Below, piece by piece: positions 1 to 10,284 of a DNA stretch of 64,000 nt (position 1 is its first letter; the number at the start of each line of letters is the position of its first letter). Source of the DNA: Mobula birostris (Eukaryota); the NCBI RefSeq assembly GCF_030028105.1, contig NC_092379.1:19073309-19137308 (forward strand). The letters run 5' to 3'. The position numbers and the translations under genes are program-made. The notes beneath the pieces were generated by a model. It had not been told where the DNA came from. It searched no databases and saw only the letters and a program-made list of their open reading frames with translations.

Positions 1-2100
1 TGAACTACAACAATTGTTCATCCCAGTTTGACAAAAGAATAAATCAAGGAAGGTAGTGCACCCGTGGCTGACAAGGGAAATTAGGGATAGTATCAATTCC
101 AAAGAAGAAGCATACAAATTAGCCAGAAAAAGTGGCCCACCTGAGGACTGGGAGAAAATCAGAGTTCAGCAGAGGAGGACAAAGGGCTTAATCAGGAAGG
201 GGAAAAAAGATTATGAGAGAAAACTGGCAGGGAACATAAAAACTGACTGTAAAAGCTTTTATAGATATGTAAAAAGGAAAAGACTGGTAAAGACAAATGT
301 AGGTCCCCTACAGACAGAAACAGGTGAATTGATTATGGGGAGCAAGGACATGGCAGACCAATTGAGTAATTACTTTGGTTCTGTCTTCACTAAGGAGGAC
401 ATAAATAATCTTCCAGAAATAGTAGGGGACAGGGGGTCCAGTGAGATGGAGAAACTGAGCGAAATACATGTTAGTAGAGAAGTGGTGTTAGGTAAATTGA
501 AGGGATTAAAGGCAGACAAATCCCCAAGGCCAGATGGTCCGCATCCCAGAGTGCTTAAGGAAGTAGCCCAAGAAATAGTGGATGCATTAGTGATAATTTT
601 TCAAAACTCGTTAGATTCTGGACTAGTTCCTGAGGATTGGAGAGTCGCTAATGTAACCCCACTTTTTAAAAAAGGAGGGAGAGAGAAACCGGGGAATTAT
701 AGACCGGTTAGCCTAACGTCGGTGGTGGGGAAACTGCTGGAGCCAGTTATCAAAGATGTGATAACAGCACATTTGGAAAGCGGTGAAATCATCGGACAAA
801 GTCAGCATGGATTTCTGAAAGGAAAATCATGTCTGACGAATCTCATAGAATTTTTTGAGGATGTAACTAGTAGAGTGGATAGGGGAGAACCAGTGGATGT
901 GGTATATTTGGATTTTCAAAAGGCTTTTGACAAGGTCCCACACAGGAGATTAGTGTGCAAACTTAAAGCACACGGTATTGGGGCTAAGGTATTGATGTGG
1001 ATAGAGAATTGGTTAGCAGACAGGAAGCAAAGAGTGGGAATAAACGGGACCTTTACAGAATGGCAGGCAGTGACTAGTGGGGTACCGCAAGGCTCAGTGC
1101 TGGGACCCCAGTTGTTTACAATATATATTAATGACTTGGATGAGGGAATTAAATGCAGCATCTCCAAGTTTGCGGATGACACGAAGCTGGGCGGCAGTGT
1201 TAGCTGTGAGGAGGATGCTAAGAGGATGCAGGGTGACTTGGATAGGTTAGGTGAGTGGGCAAATTCATGGCAGATGCAATTTAATGTGGATAAATGTGAG
1301 GTTATCCATCTTGGTGGCAAAAATAGGAAAACAGATTATTATCTGAATGGTGGCCGATTAGGAAAAGGGGAGGTGCAACGAGACCTGGGTGTCATTATAC
1401 ACCAGTCATTGAAAGTGGGCATGCAGGTACAGCAGGCGGTGAAAAAGGCGAATGGTATGCTGGCATTTATAGCAAGAGGATTCGAGTACAGGAGCAGGGA
1501 GGTACTACTGCAGTTGTACAAGGCCTTGGTGAGACCACACCTGGAGTATTGTGTGCAGTTTTGGACCCCTAATCTGAGGAAAAACATCCTTGCCATAGAG
1601 GGAGTACAAAGAAGGTTCACCAGATTGATTCCTGGGATGGCAGGACTTTCATATGAAGAAAGACTGGATGAACTAGGCTTGTACTCGTTGGAATTTAGAA
1701 GATTGAGGGGGGATCTGATTGAAAAGTATAAAATCTTAAAGGAATTGGACAGGCTAGATGCAGGAAGATTGTTCCCGATGTTGGGGAAGTCCAGAACGAG
1801 GGGTCACGGTTTGAGGATAAAGGTGAAGACTGAGATTAGGAAAAACTTCTTCACACAGAGAGTGATGAATCTGTGGAATTCTCTGCCACAGGAAACAGTT
1901 GAGGCCAGTTCATTGGCTATATTTAAGAGGGAGTTAGATATGGCCCTTGTGGTTATGGGGATCAGAGGGTATGGAGGGAAGGCTGGTGCAGGGTTCTGAG
2001 CTGGATGATCAGCCATGATCATAATAAATGGCGGTGCAGGCTCAAAGGACTGAATGGCCTACTCCTGTACCTATTTTCTATGTTTCTATGTTTTCTATGT
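1..2100 (+). mobile_element. CR1-clade LINE, 3' part (ORF2 RT, 3' UTR and microsatellite tail); runs off the window start
   Basis: 647-aa open frame with CR1 RT motifs ([54 protein letters not shown]); tail ttttctatgtttctatgttttctatgt at about 2074-2100. Confidence 0.95.
56..1999 (+). CDS. CR1 ORF2 reverse transcriptase, C-terminal 647 aa, uninterrupted
   Basis: ORF track; complete RT core; an in-frame TGA at 29-31 upstream shows the copy is not fully intact. Confidence 0.9.
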   Translation: MHPWLTREIRDSINSKEEAYKLARKSGPPEDWEKIRVQQRRTKGLIRKGKKDYERKLAGNIKTDCKSFYRYVKRKRLVKTNVGPLQTETGELIMGSKDMADQLSNYFGSVFTKEDINNLPEIVGDRGSSEMEKLSEIHVSREVVLGKLKGLKADKSPRPDGPHPRVLKEVAQEIVDALVIIFQNSLDSGLVPEDWRVANVTPLFKKGGREKPGNYRPVSLTSVVGKLLEPVIKDVITAHLESGEIIGQSQHGFLKGKSCLTNLIEFFEDVTSRVDRGEPVDVVYLDFQKAFDKVPHRRLVCKLKAHGIGAKVLMWIENWLADRKQRVGINGTFTEWQAVTSGVPQGSVLGPQLFTIYINDLDEGIKCSISKFADDTKLGGSVSCEEDAKRMQGDLDRLGEWANSWQMQFNVDKCEVIHLGGKNRKTDYYLNGGRLGKGEVQRDLGVIIHQSLKVGMQVQQAVKKANGMLAFIARGFEYRSREVLLQLYKALVRPHLEYCVQFWTPNLRKNILAIEGVQRRFTRLIPGMAGLSYEERLDELGLYSLEFRRLRGDLIEKYKILKELDRLDAGRLFPMLGKSRTRGHGLRIKVKTEIRKNFFTQRVMNLWNSLPQETVEASSLAIFKRELDMALVVMGIRGYGGKAGAGF

Positions 2101-2104
2101 TTTG

Positions 2105-2318
2105 CCAATCAACTTTCCAGCTCTTAGCTCCATCCCTCCCCCTCCTGTCTTCTCCTATCATTTCGGATCTCCCCCCACCCCACGTTCAAATCTCTCACTA
2201 TCTCTTCCTTCAGTTAGTTCTGATGAAGGGTCTTGGCCCGAAATGTCGACTGTACCTCTTCCTTGAGATGCTGTCTGGCCTGATGCATTCTGCCAGCATT
2301 TTGTGTGTGTTGCTGCAA
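2105..2318 (+). mobile_element. Penelope-derived short repeat (pLTR/SINE-like) with degenerate hammerhead motif
   Basis: ctgatga-agggtcttggccc-gaaa-tgtc-gactg at 2220-2252, followed by the gatgctg..ctg..ccagcattttgtgtgtgttgc tail seen in other copies in the window. Confidence 0.7.
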
Positions 2319-4009
2319 TTATTGGACATTTTCTTTGGATATTATGATCATAATCTACATTTTTGTGTTTGTTTAAATGTGATTACTCTGAATTCTCAGA
2401 TGTGATTCTGCCAGTGTACTTATAGAATCAAAAGTGGGAACTGTTTGAACCCACCATTTTTTAAATAATACTTTTTATAAGATTTGAACTTTTTAACAAA
2501 GTCACATATTTTTCACAGCATGTGATGTTTCATCCCCACTCACTGGTAGAAAGCAGTATAGTAGCTATACTCATGATTCATCACCTTTCTCATTTTTCTT
2601 TGGCTAAGTATCAACACATTACCTACGTGATGTAGTCATTTTAATCATGTAATCTATTACCAAGCTTATTTTCTATCTGAGGAATTTCTTAATCTTGTTC
2701 ATAAAAGTGAATGATTTGTGCAGAAACGCCATATGGGCTGCTTTATTCTTCTGTCTTTCCACCACGGCATCGTTTTTCAACTTTTTCATTAGTTTGCTTT
2801 GTATTTGTATGCTTGTATTCCAAAATAAACTGAAATCTTGGAATTAAGATGGCTCACCAGTTTTGGCTCCCAGAAGAACACAATGGATTAGAAAAATAAA
2901 CAGAGATCCAACAGTCCCTACCACAGACTGTTCAGTAATAAATGAGTGCCTGACAAACATATGGCTGGAAAATAGATCTTGCACACTCCTGGCACAGCAG
3001 TCAATACTCTGATATATTTTGGTGGGGCCAGAGAGGATTTCTTCTGAAACTTGAGAAAACCTTGGCCTGAATTCAATTAGGAAACAAATTGTGAGAAATA
3101 GCAAGGACAAAAACCTTTAGAAATGTGCAATGGATGTATGAGGAGAAGTAAAATCAACTTGAGTAGAATCATGTGGGACAAGAACCCTGTGTCTGTTGTG
3201 ATGTAGAGTATTCATTTGAAAAGTTGTCCCTTCCTTTCTTTCCACAATTGTTGCCTGACCTATTGAGTTCTTCTGGCAGTTTGAGTTTTCCTACAGATTC
3301 TAGCATCTGCAGTCTTCAAGAGAATACTTTTCCTGATGAAGTGCAAAGAACATGGACTCATCACTTACAAACTGCAATGGAAGAGACAAGAGACTTCATG
3401 ACAACATATTTGATCCAAGTGCTAGCACCTGATAGATATCATATTCTTTGGGCAAAGGAATATTAATAGTGTTGGAATCATCAGAGGTGATAGCAGCTGG
3501 ACAGACTGCTTAATCATAGAGTATCACTGATAGAAGAGTGTGGAAGAAATTCAATTTGCCTATGAAGTCTATGGTGTTGTATTCAAGAGCAAACCAACAT
3601 GTCTCCCTGCCTTGTCTCTCCCTTTATTCTGCAGTTTGTCTTCCTTTCAATTTTCCACTCCCCTTTTGAATGCCCCAATTGGATCAGTTTCCTCTACCAG
3701 GCACACCAGAGATTTCTAGACACAAGCATCTCACTGCACAAATCATTCCTTCCTGATGTGACTCAGATCCTTTTGTCAACCCCACTCATTCTACACCCTC
3801 TGCATTCACCAATATCCGGGAAGCTGGAGGACCACCAGAATTCTCACATTGTGATTCCATTGGGCCACAGGAAAAAACCTATAAAGTCTAAAGTGTGTGA
3901 ACGTTCCTCTTTAAATCTCTTTCCCCAAACAATCTGTTGCCTCCTCTCTCTTAATCAATTGGGCCACCAGAAAAACTTCAGTAGAACTCACATCACGCTC
4001 ATCCCCCCT

Positions 4010-4560
4010 TACACTGGCAACACAGCAGTGGAAATTGCAAGCAATTTCAAACTCTTGGGAGTGCTAATCACACACAACTTCTCATGGTCCACAAAACTCT
4101 TCCTACATGGTAGAGATCGCTCACCAATGCTAATTTCTGAGGAGGCTGAAGAGAGTTGGACGTTGCAAATCCAGACCCACATCATTGTAGAGATGCACAG
4201 TGTAGAGCATCCTAACAAGCTGCGTCACTACTCAGTGATGCAAAGCAAATTTCACATCATCTGCCAGTGACATTAAACCTGATTCTGGTTCTGATTCTTC
4301 TGATACAGAAACTGAACTGTGGGGGACAGGAAGACCCTACAACAGGTAGTTAACACTGCTCAATACATTAGCCTACCTGCCATCAAGGACATAGATACAG
4401 AAAGATTCTGGAAAAGGACCAGTAATATCATGAAGTGTCCCACCTACCCAGCATGCTCATGAACTGCTTGTCCCACTTACACCAGGGAGGAGGCTACACA
4501 GCATCCATGCCAGAATGACCAAACTCAAATAGATACTTTCCCCAAGCAGTAAGGTTGATC
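4010..4560 (+). mobile_element. Rex1/Babar-like LINE 3' fragment
   Basis: Translates EIASNFKLLGVLITHNFSWS, typical of the region after the Rex RT; shared with block B (18230-18670). Confidence 0.65.
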
Positions 4561-4604
4561 AACACCCCCACCCACTAACTCCACCACTACTTTATTATTT
4601 CCTC

Positions 4605-5062
4605 TCAGTCACCTTATGTACAACCTCATATCACTTTATGGAATATAATTAATCTACCTATGAATATAAGCTGTTTTGTGAATTTATATTTATGGTGTTT
4701 TTATTTATTCTTGTGTTCTTTATCTTATTGTGGTTACTTTGTGCTGCATCAGATCCAGAGAAACAATTATTACATTCTCGTTTACACTTGTGTTCAGGAA
4801 ATCACATTAAACAATCTCGAATCTTGAATCTTGGAACCCTTCAGTCACCTTATGTACAGCCTCACATCACTTTATGGACATACAATCAATCTACCTGTGA
4901 ATATAAGGTCTTCAATGTTTTATATTTATTGTTTTCTTTTATTATTATTGTGTTCTTTATGCTATTGCATTTTTGTGTTGTTGCCCAGAGTAACAATTAT
5001 TTTGTCCTTGTTTACACCTGTGTACAGGAAATCACATTAAACAATCTTGAATCTTGAGTCTT
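4605..5062 (+). repeat. Two-copy ~230-bp tandem duplication of a LINE 3' tail
   Basis: cagtcaccttatgtaca...ggaaatcacattaaacaatct.gaatcttga occurs twice; block B (about 18710-18925) has one copy. Confidence 0.8.
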
Positions 5063-5417
5063 AGAGCTTTGGTGATTAGAAATACCTTCACAGATGTTCT
5101 CTCCACTTCCTCTTTTCCAAACAAAATAATTCTGGCTGCTCCATTGTCTAACTGATATCCAGTATTCCTGGAATCATCCTAAGGTTCTCTCAGAGTGACA
5201 CATCACTCCTCTGATATTGTGTCCTGAATTATGGATAATATATACATTAGGATAATATAAACAGATAGAAAACTGATTCCCCTTTTGTCAGAATCAGTTT
5301 TATATGTGTAGACATCATCATCATTGTTTTCTTCCCTCTTACATCCTGATTATTTGGGCTGTAAAGGGATTACTAACAAATGACATAATGTAATCAGCGG
5401 GTTACCTATACACTTAC

Positions 5418-5530
5418 TAGCTCTTCCTTCAGTTAGTCCTGACGAAGGTTCCCGGACTGAAACATCGACTGTACCTCTTCCTAGAGATGCTGCCTGACCT
5501 GCTGCGTTCACCAGCAACTTTGATGTGTGT
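5418..5530 (+). mobile_element. Penelope-derived short repeat with hammerhead-like core
   Basis: tagtc-ctgacga-aggttcccggact-gaaa-catc-gactg at about 5434-5471. Confidence 0.7.
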
Positions 5531-5534
5531 TGGA

Positions 5535-7270
5535 GGATTTATCACCTCGTTGGGGAAAATGATTAAACCCGCCTCCTTCGTACTGAACCTTTCAGAAGCT
5601 ATAGAGTTGCCACAGACTTTAGAAATAATTAAGAGCGAGGCACACACCTCAGCCGAGAATGAGGTCTCCAAGGGAAATCGGTTTGCAGGCATGTTAGCAA
5701 AACAGGTGGCCCTTCAGCGACAACCTGTGCTACAGACCCCTCAGGCTGAAACGGGAGGGAAGAAGCTCTGTGTGTATGGACGTCCAGCAGTTGCAGGAAG
5801 CCCAAGATCTTGCCTCACAGCAAGAGAAATGTGCCTGGAGCAAATCTGCATATTACCAGAATACCGGGCTATGGCATCACCCAGATGGCTGAGTAGTGTA
5901 CCCGCATAGTTTATTTTTGCCCGTGGCTCACCTGGCACATGGCCAGGCTCACATGGGCAAAGGCGGGATGCGGCATGCCATCACTCAACAATCGTACTCC
6001 CCAGGGATAACAGTAACTATCGAGAAGGTAGCACGAACTTTTTTATTGCCAGCAAAACAATAGAGGAAAGGCACCCGCTAGATTTGAACACCTGCCCCAA
6101 CTGGAAATTATACCTAGGTTTGGAATTCCCCTAGGGATAAATAGCGACAGGGGAACCCATTTTACAAATAAAGTAGTGCAGGGACTGAAGGAAGCCTTGG
6201 GGTTCCAGTAGAAATTGCATATCCCCTACCAGCCTCAGTCCTTAGGTATGGTGGAAAGAGCAAACTGGGAAATAAAAGTGGTTTTGACAAAAGTTTGTCA
6301 GCAAGACTGTGTCGGATGGCCAGAGGCAATGCCCCTAGTAACGTACACTCTGCGAAAATCAGAAGAATGGAAATACAGGACTTACCCCTCATGAAATTTT
6401 GGTGGGGCGGTCTATGACAACAGGAACTAAGCCCCCATGACCCCAGAGAAAGGTAGTGCTAGTGATGAGAAGGCACTGAAATACCGGGACAATTCTGATT
6501 AGATGGAGAGGGGTGTGAAAGCACAGACGAACATATGGAGAAATTTCTGAAACGCGGGTTTGCTGCCGTTTTTACTGCACTTTCGAGAATCTTCCAGAGG
6601 GAAGGCCTCAAAATCCCTGGCTTTGCCTGCTGTTGCCAACCGAGATTGAGGTCGAATCTTTCGAATAGAGATGGTGCTCGGTACCCGGTGTCAGAGAGCT
6701 GATTGGAGGCTTGAGGTTTTCGGACAACTCAGAGTCGGACTGTGGTCGGGCATGGCAGGGAGGGTTTTACTTCCTTCTTCCGTCTGTGTAAGATGTGGGA
6801 CATTTGAGAGACTTTGAATTTTTTTACTGTGCTCATGGACTGTTCTTCATCAAGTTATGTTACTGTTGCACTATTGTAACTATATGTTATAATCATGTGG
6901 TTTTGTTAGTTTTTTCAGTCTTGGTCTGTCCTGTGTTTTGTGATATCTCACCGGAGGAAATATTGTATCATTTCTTAATGCATGCATTACTAAATTACAA
7001 TAAAAGAGGACGATTGGTCTTCATAATCTAAATACGCGCAAGCATTGTGTCAGGAGGCAGGGAAATTATCTGAAAGGGTCTGGCAAGCCCAAGCACCTTT
7101 AACTGAAGCTAACATGCATCCGTTACGCCGGCAGATAGAATATATGTGAGATCAATGAATAAAGATTCTTTCTCTCCCAGGTGGAAAGGCCCCTACCCAG
7201 TGCTTATAACAACCTGAACCACGGTAAAGGTTGAAGGAAAATGAGAATGGATTCACACTACTAGGTGCAA
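5535..7270 (+). pseudogene. pol: ERV pol remnant (RNase H end and integrase), frameshifted and internally deleted
   Basis: Motifs as above; stops and frameshifts; interrupted at about 6540-7032. Confidence 0.85.
6540..7032 (+). mobile_element. Short non-autonomous retroelement or LINE 3' end inserted in the ERV integrase
   Basis: Non-retroviral segment ending aataaaagaggac...cataatctaaat; integrase-like reading resumes afterwards (YAQALCQEAG...). Confidence 0.55.
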
Positions 7271-7300
7271 ACTGCACCAGGAGTTGGAAGACAAGAAAGT

Positions 7301-9626
7301 ATGAAGCTGACAAGCCAGATGCTTTTACGGGGACTGATACTGCGGGGAGTTAGTATGGCCTTATCGAAAAATACCTTTTTGTCTTTATGTCCCACTTATG
7401 CCAGTCAACAAAGTGAAGAGTTGGACTCTTGTTGGGTGTGTGGAAAGATAGCTCAGCATGTCGCCCAGGGAATGTCCCTGGAAGAGGTCCTCCGAACGGA
7501 AGCAAAATGCTTTCTATGTGACTTATGAACGAATTTAACCATCCTATTCCAACTTTAAAACAAGAGATTGGCAGAAGATGATAAACATAGAACATAGAAT
7601 AGTACAACACAGTACAGGCCCTTCGGCCCACATTGTTGTGCCAACCCTCAAACCCTGCTTCCCATATAACCCCCCCACCTTAAATTCCTCCATATACTTG
7701 TCTAATAGTCTCTTAAATTTCACTAGTTATCTGCCTCCACCACTGACTCAGGCAGTGTATTCCATGCACCAACTATCCTCTGAGTAAAAAACCTTCCTCT
7801 AATATCCCCCTTGAACTTCCCACCCCTTAACTTAAAGCTATGTCCCCTTGTATTGAGCAGTGGTGCCCTGGGGAAGAGGCGCTGGCTATCCACTCTATCT
7901 ATTCCTTTTAATATCTTGTATACATCTATCATGTCTCCTCTCATCCTCCTTCTCTCCAAAGAGTAAACTCAAGCTCCCTTAATCTTTGATCATAATCCAT
8001 ACTCTCTAAACCAGGCAGCATCTTGGTAAATGTCCTCTGTACCCTTTCCAATGGTTCTGCATCCTTCCTATAGTGAGGCGACCAGAACTGGACACAGCAC
8101 TCCAAGTGTGGCCTAACCAGAGTTTTATAGAGCAGCAACATTACCTCGCGGCTCTTAAACTCTATCCCTTGACTTATGAAAGCTAACACCCCATAAGCTT
8201 TCTTAACTGCCCTATCCACCTCTGAGGCAACTTTCAGGGATCTGTGGACATGTACCCCAAGATCCCTCTGCTCCTCCACACTACCAAGTATCCTGCTATT
8301 TACTTTGTACTCTGCCTTGGAGTTTGTCCTTCCAAAGTGTACCACCTCACACTTCTCCGGGTTGAACTCCATCTGCCACTTCTCAGCCCACTTCTGCATC
8401 CTATCAATGTCTCTCTGCAATCTTCAACAATCCTCTACACTATCCACAACACCACCAACCTTTGTGTCATCTGCAAACTTGCTAACCCACTCTTCTACCC
8501 CGATATCCAGGTCGTTAATAAAAATCACAAAAAGTAGAGGTCCCAGAACAGATCCTTGTGGAACACCTCTAGTCGCAATCCTCCAATCCGAATATACTCC
8601 CTCCACCAGGACCCTCTGCCTTCTGGAGGCAAGCCAATTCTAAATCCACTTGGCCAAACTTCCCTGAATCCTATGCCTTCTGACTTTCTGAATAAGTCTT
8701 CCCTGTGGAAATTTGTCAAATGCCTTACTAAAATCCAATGGATCACATCCACTGCACTATGCTCATCTATATGCCTGATCACCTCCTCAAAGAACTGTGA
8801 TGTCAGGGAAGGGGATTGTGGATGTACCTGCTTCAAAGGATGGTACCTCAATACCCCGACGGAGGAAAAAAAGATGCCCTCCTTTGAGTTAGTATTGTAA
8901 TATGGTGGGGGGGGGGGATGGGACATTTCTGGGTCATAGCTCTTGTACTGAACAGAGGCGGTACGTGGGGAAAGAGCTTATCTTTGGTTTCCAGGGCTGC
9001 CAGGCATAACTGGGAATGTGTCCCCAGGAAATTGGACGACCTGCTGTTATTTGGCCCATATAGTGCCCTCCATGCATCTTATAAAAGATATATCGCAACA
9101 CCCTTATTTAAGGCGAAGTAAGCGAGGGATAACGGAAAGTGAAAGGTTTTGGATGGTAGCATTTCCCTCATATGGTGTGGCACGAAATTCGCGAGAAATT
9201 ATTAATATGGCAGCCGCTCTAGAGAAATTGGCCAATGACACTGCCGATGCCCTAACTGATGTGCAGACGCAAATGAAAGACCTAACAACAGAAGTAATTG
9301 CCCTTAGGGTGGTAGCCTTGCAAAATAGAATGGCCCTGGACCTACTCTTAGTCAAAAAAGGAGGGACATGTGCCTTGGTAGGGTAGGGATGTTGTACTTG
9401 TATTCCCGATGATTTAGAAAACATAACTGACTTTAGTCAACACATAAGGGGAAAAATTGAGGAGATTAGAAAGATAAGGAAACAGTTTAAGAAATTTGGT
9501 TTAGGAACGAAATGGTGGGAAATAATAGAGGAATGGTTTTCTGGCTGGAGAAACTGGATTACCCATGGGATAATTATATTGGAAATGGTATGTGTTTTAG
9601 GGTGCTGTGTATGTGGAGCATTATGA
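7301..9626 (+). pseudogene. env: ERV envelope (gamma-type), disrupted
   Basis: Signal-like N-terminus, SU CWVC (CXXC) near 7430, furin site RRSKR at 9111-9125, fusion peptide, ISD LQNRMALDLLLVKKGGTC, CX6CC (C-ALVG*G-CC) with in-frame TAG, Trp-rich MPER and TM; SU split by a CR1 insertion. Confidence 0.92.
7582..8790 (-). mobile_element. 5'-truncated CR1 LINE inserted into env SU
   Basis: RT motifs [10 protein letters not shown] and SKFADDTK on the minus strand; reverse tail aacatagaacatagaa at about 7583. Confidence 0.92.
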
Positions 9627-9850
9627 TCGTGTTGTTACCAGTTAATGAAAAGAGCCTTACTCGGACCTGAAAATGTCCCTATGATACCCCAGATGGTGAG
9701 AGAAATGCGCAGGAGGCGAAACTGGTGGGGAGAGGAAGTACATCCTGGCAAAGAAAGAACATTTCCAGAGGGATATGAATCCCCCTATGAGGAAGAGGAG
9801 GAAATACCTCATGAGGAGTGTTGATCTGAAAGGATCAACAAGGAGGGAAT

Positions 9851-10284
9851 TGTGGAAGAATTTAAGACTCTCTGGATATGTAGGGGTTAACCTAATAGCT
9901 TGTGAATGCTCTTAAAATTCAGCTAAAGTCCTTGCTCTAAGAATTTAGCTGAAAGTCCTTGATAAAGTCTAAAGAAAAATGTTATGGCGCTGCACTTATG
10001 TAATGCTGCTGCTTGTTGAAATTTAGGCCAAGTTCAAAGTCACGTTGTTTGTTACATTCTAGACCTAAGTTCACAGCCAAGCAATGTTATTGTTAAGTGC
10101 TTTCAGTTACATACGCTGTGTCTATATAATGGAGCATGTCTGGAAGCTAACCAGAGCCTCCGAGCACCGCTTTTAGGAAAAGTGGCTGTCCGTGATATCA
10201 CATATAAATAAAGTCCTTTAGTCTGAAACAGTTCTCTGAGTCGGCCTGATTTGTTCTGTCTGCTGCTCCTGAGATTTTTCCACA
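9851..10284 (+). repeat. ERV 3' LTR (434 bp)
   Basis: Follows PPT aaggagggaa (9840-9849); terminal inverted repeats TGTGGAA...TTCCACA; TATATAA at 10123, AATAAA at 10207. Confidence 0.88.

Larger units (their letters stand above)
2900..5400. repeat. Segmental duplication block A (paralogous to 17625-20520, 30200-31020 inverted, and 37140-37310 inverted)
   Basis: Co-linear similarity seen by eye, e.g. 3425 cacctgatagatatcat = revcomp near 31000; 3450-5400 matches 17625-20460; revcomp of 2900-3110 matches 37140-37310. Confidence 0.85.
5535..10284 (+). mobile_element. Endogenous retrovirus (gamma/epsilon-like pol, gamma-type env), 5'-truncated, with 3' LTR
   Basis: RNase H end (GNRFAGMLAKQVA), integrase core (GIPLGINSDRGTHF; HIPYQPQSLGMVERAN), integrase C-terminus (RWKGPY), env, PPT and LTR in correct order. 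Confidence 0.92.

Noticed and set aside
916-1620. Minus-strand ORFs opposite CR1 RT (similar ones at 8244-8900, 13500-13947, 62257-62746)
   Set aside because: Recurrent antisense frames of CR1; not genes
3107-3115. Perfect RSS nonamer ACAAAAACC
   Set aside because: No CACAGTG-like heptamer at 12- or 23-bp spacing upstream
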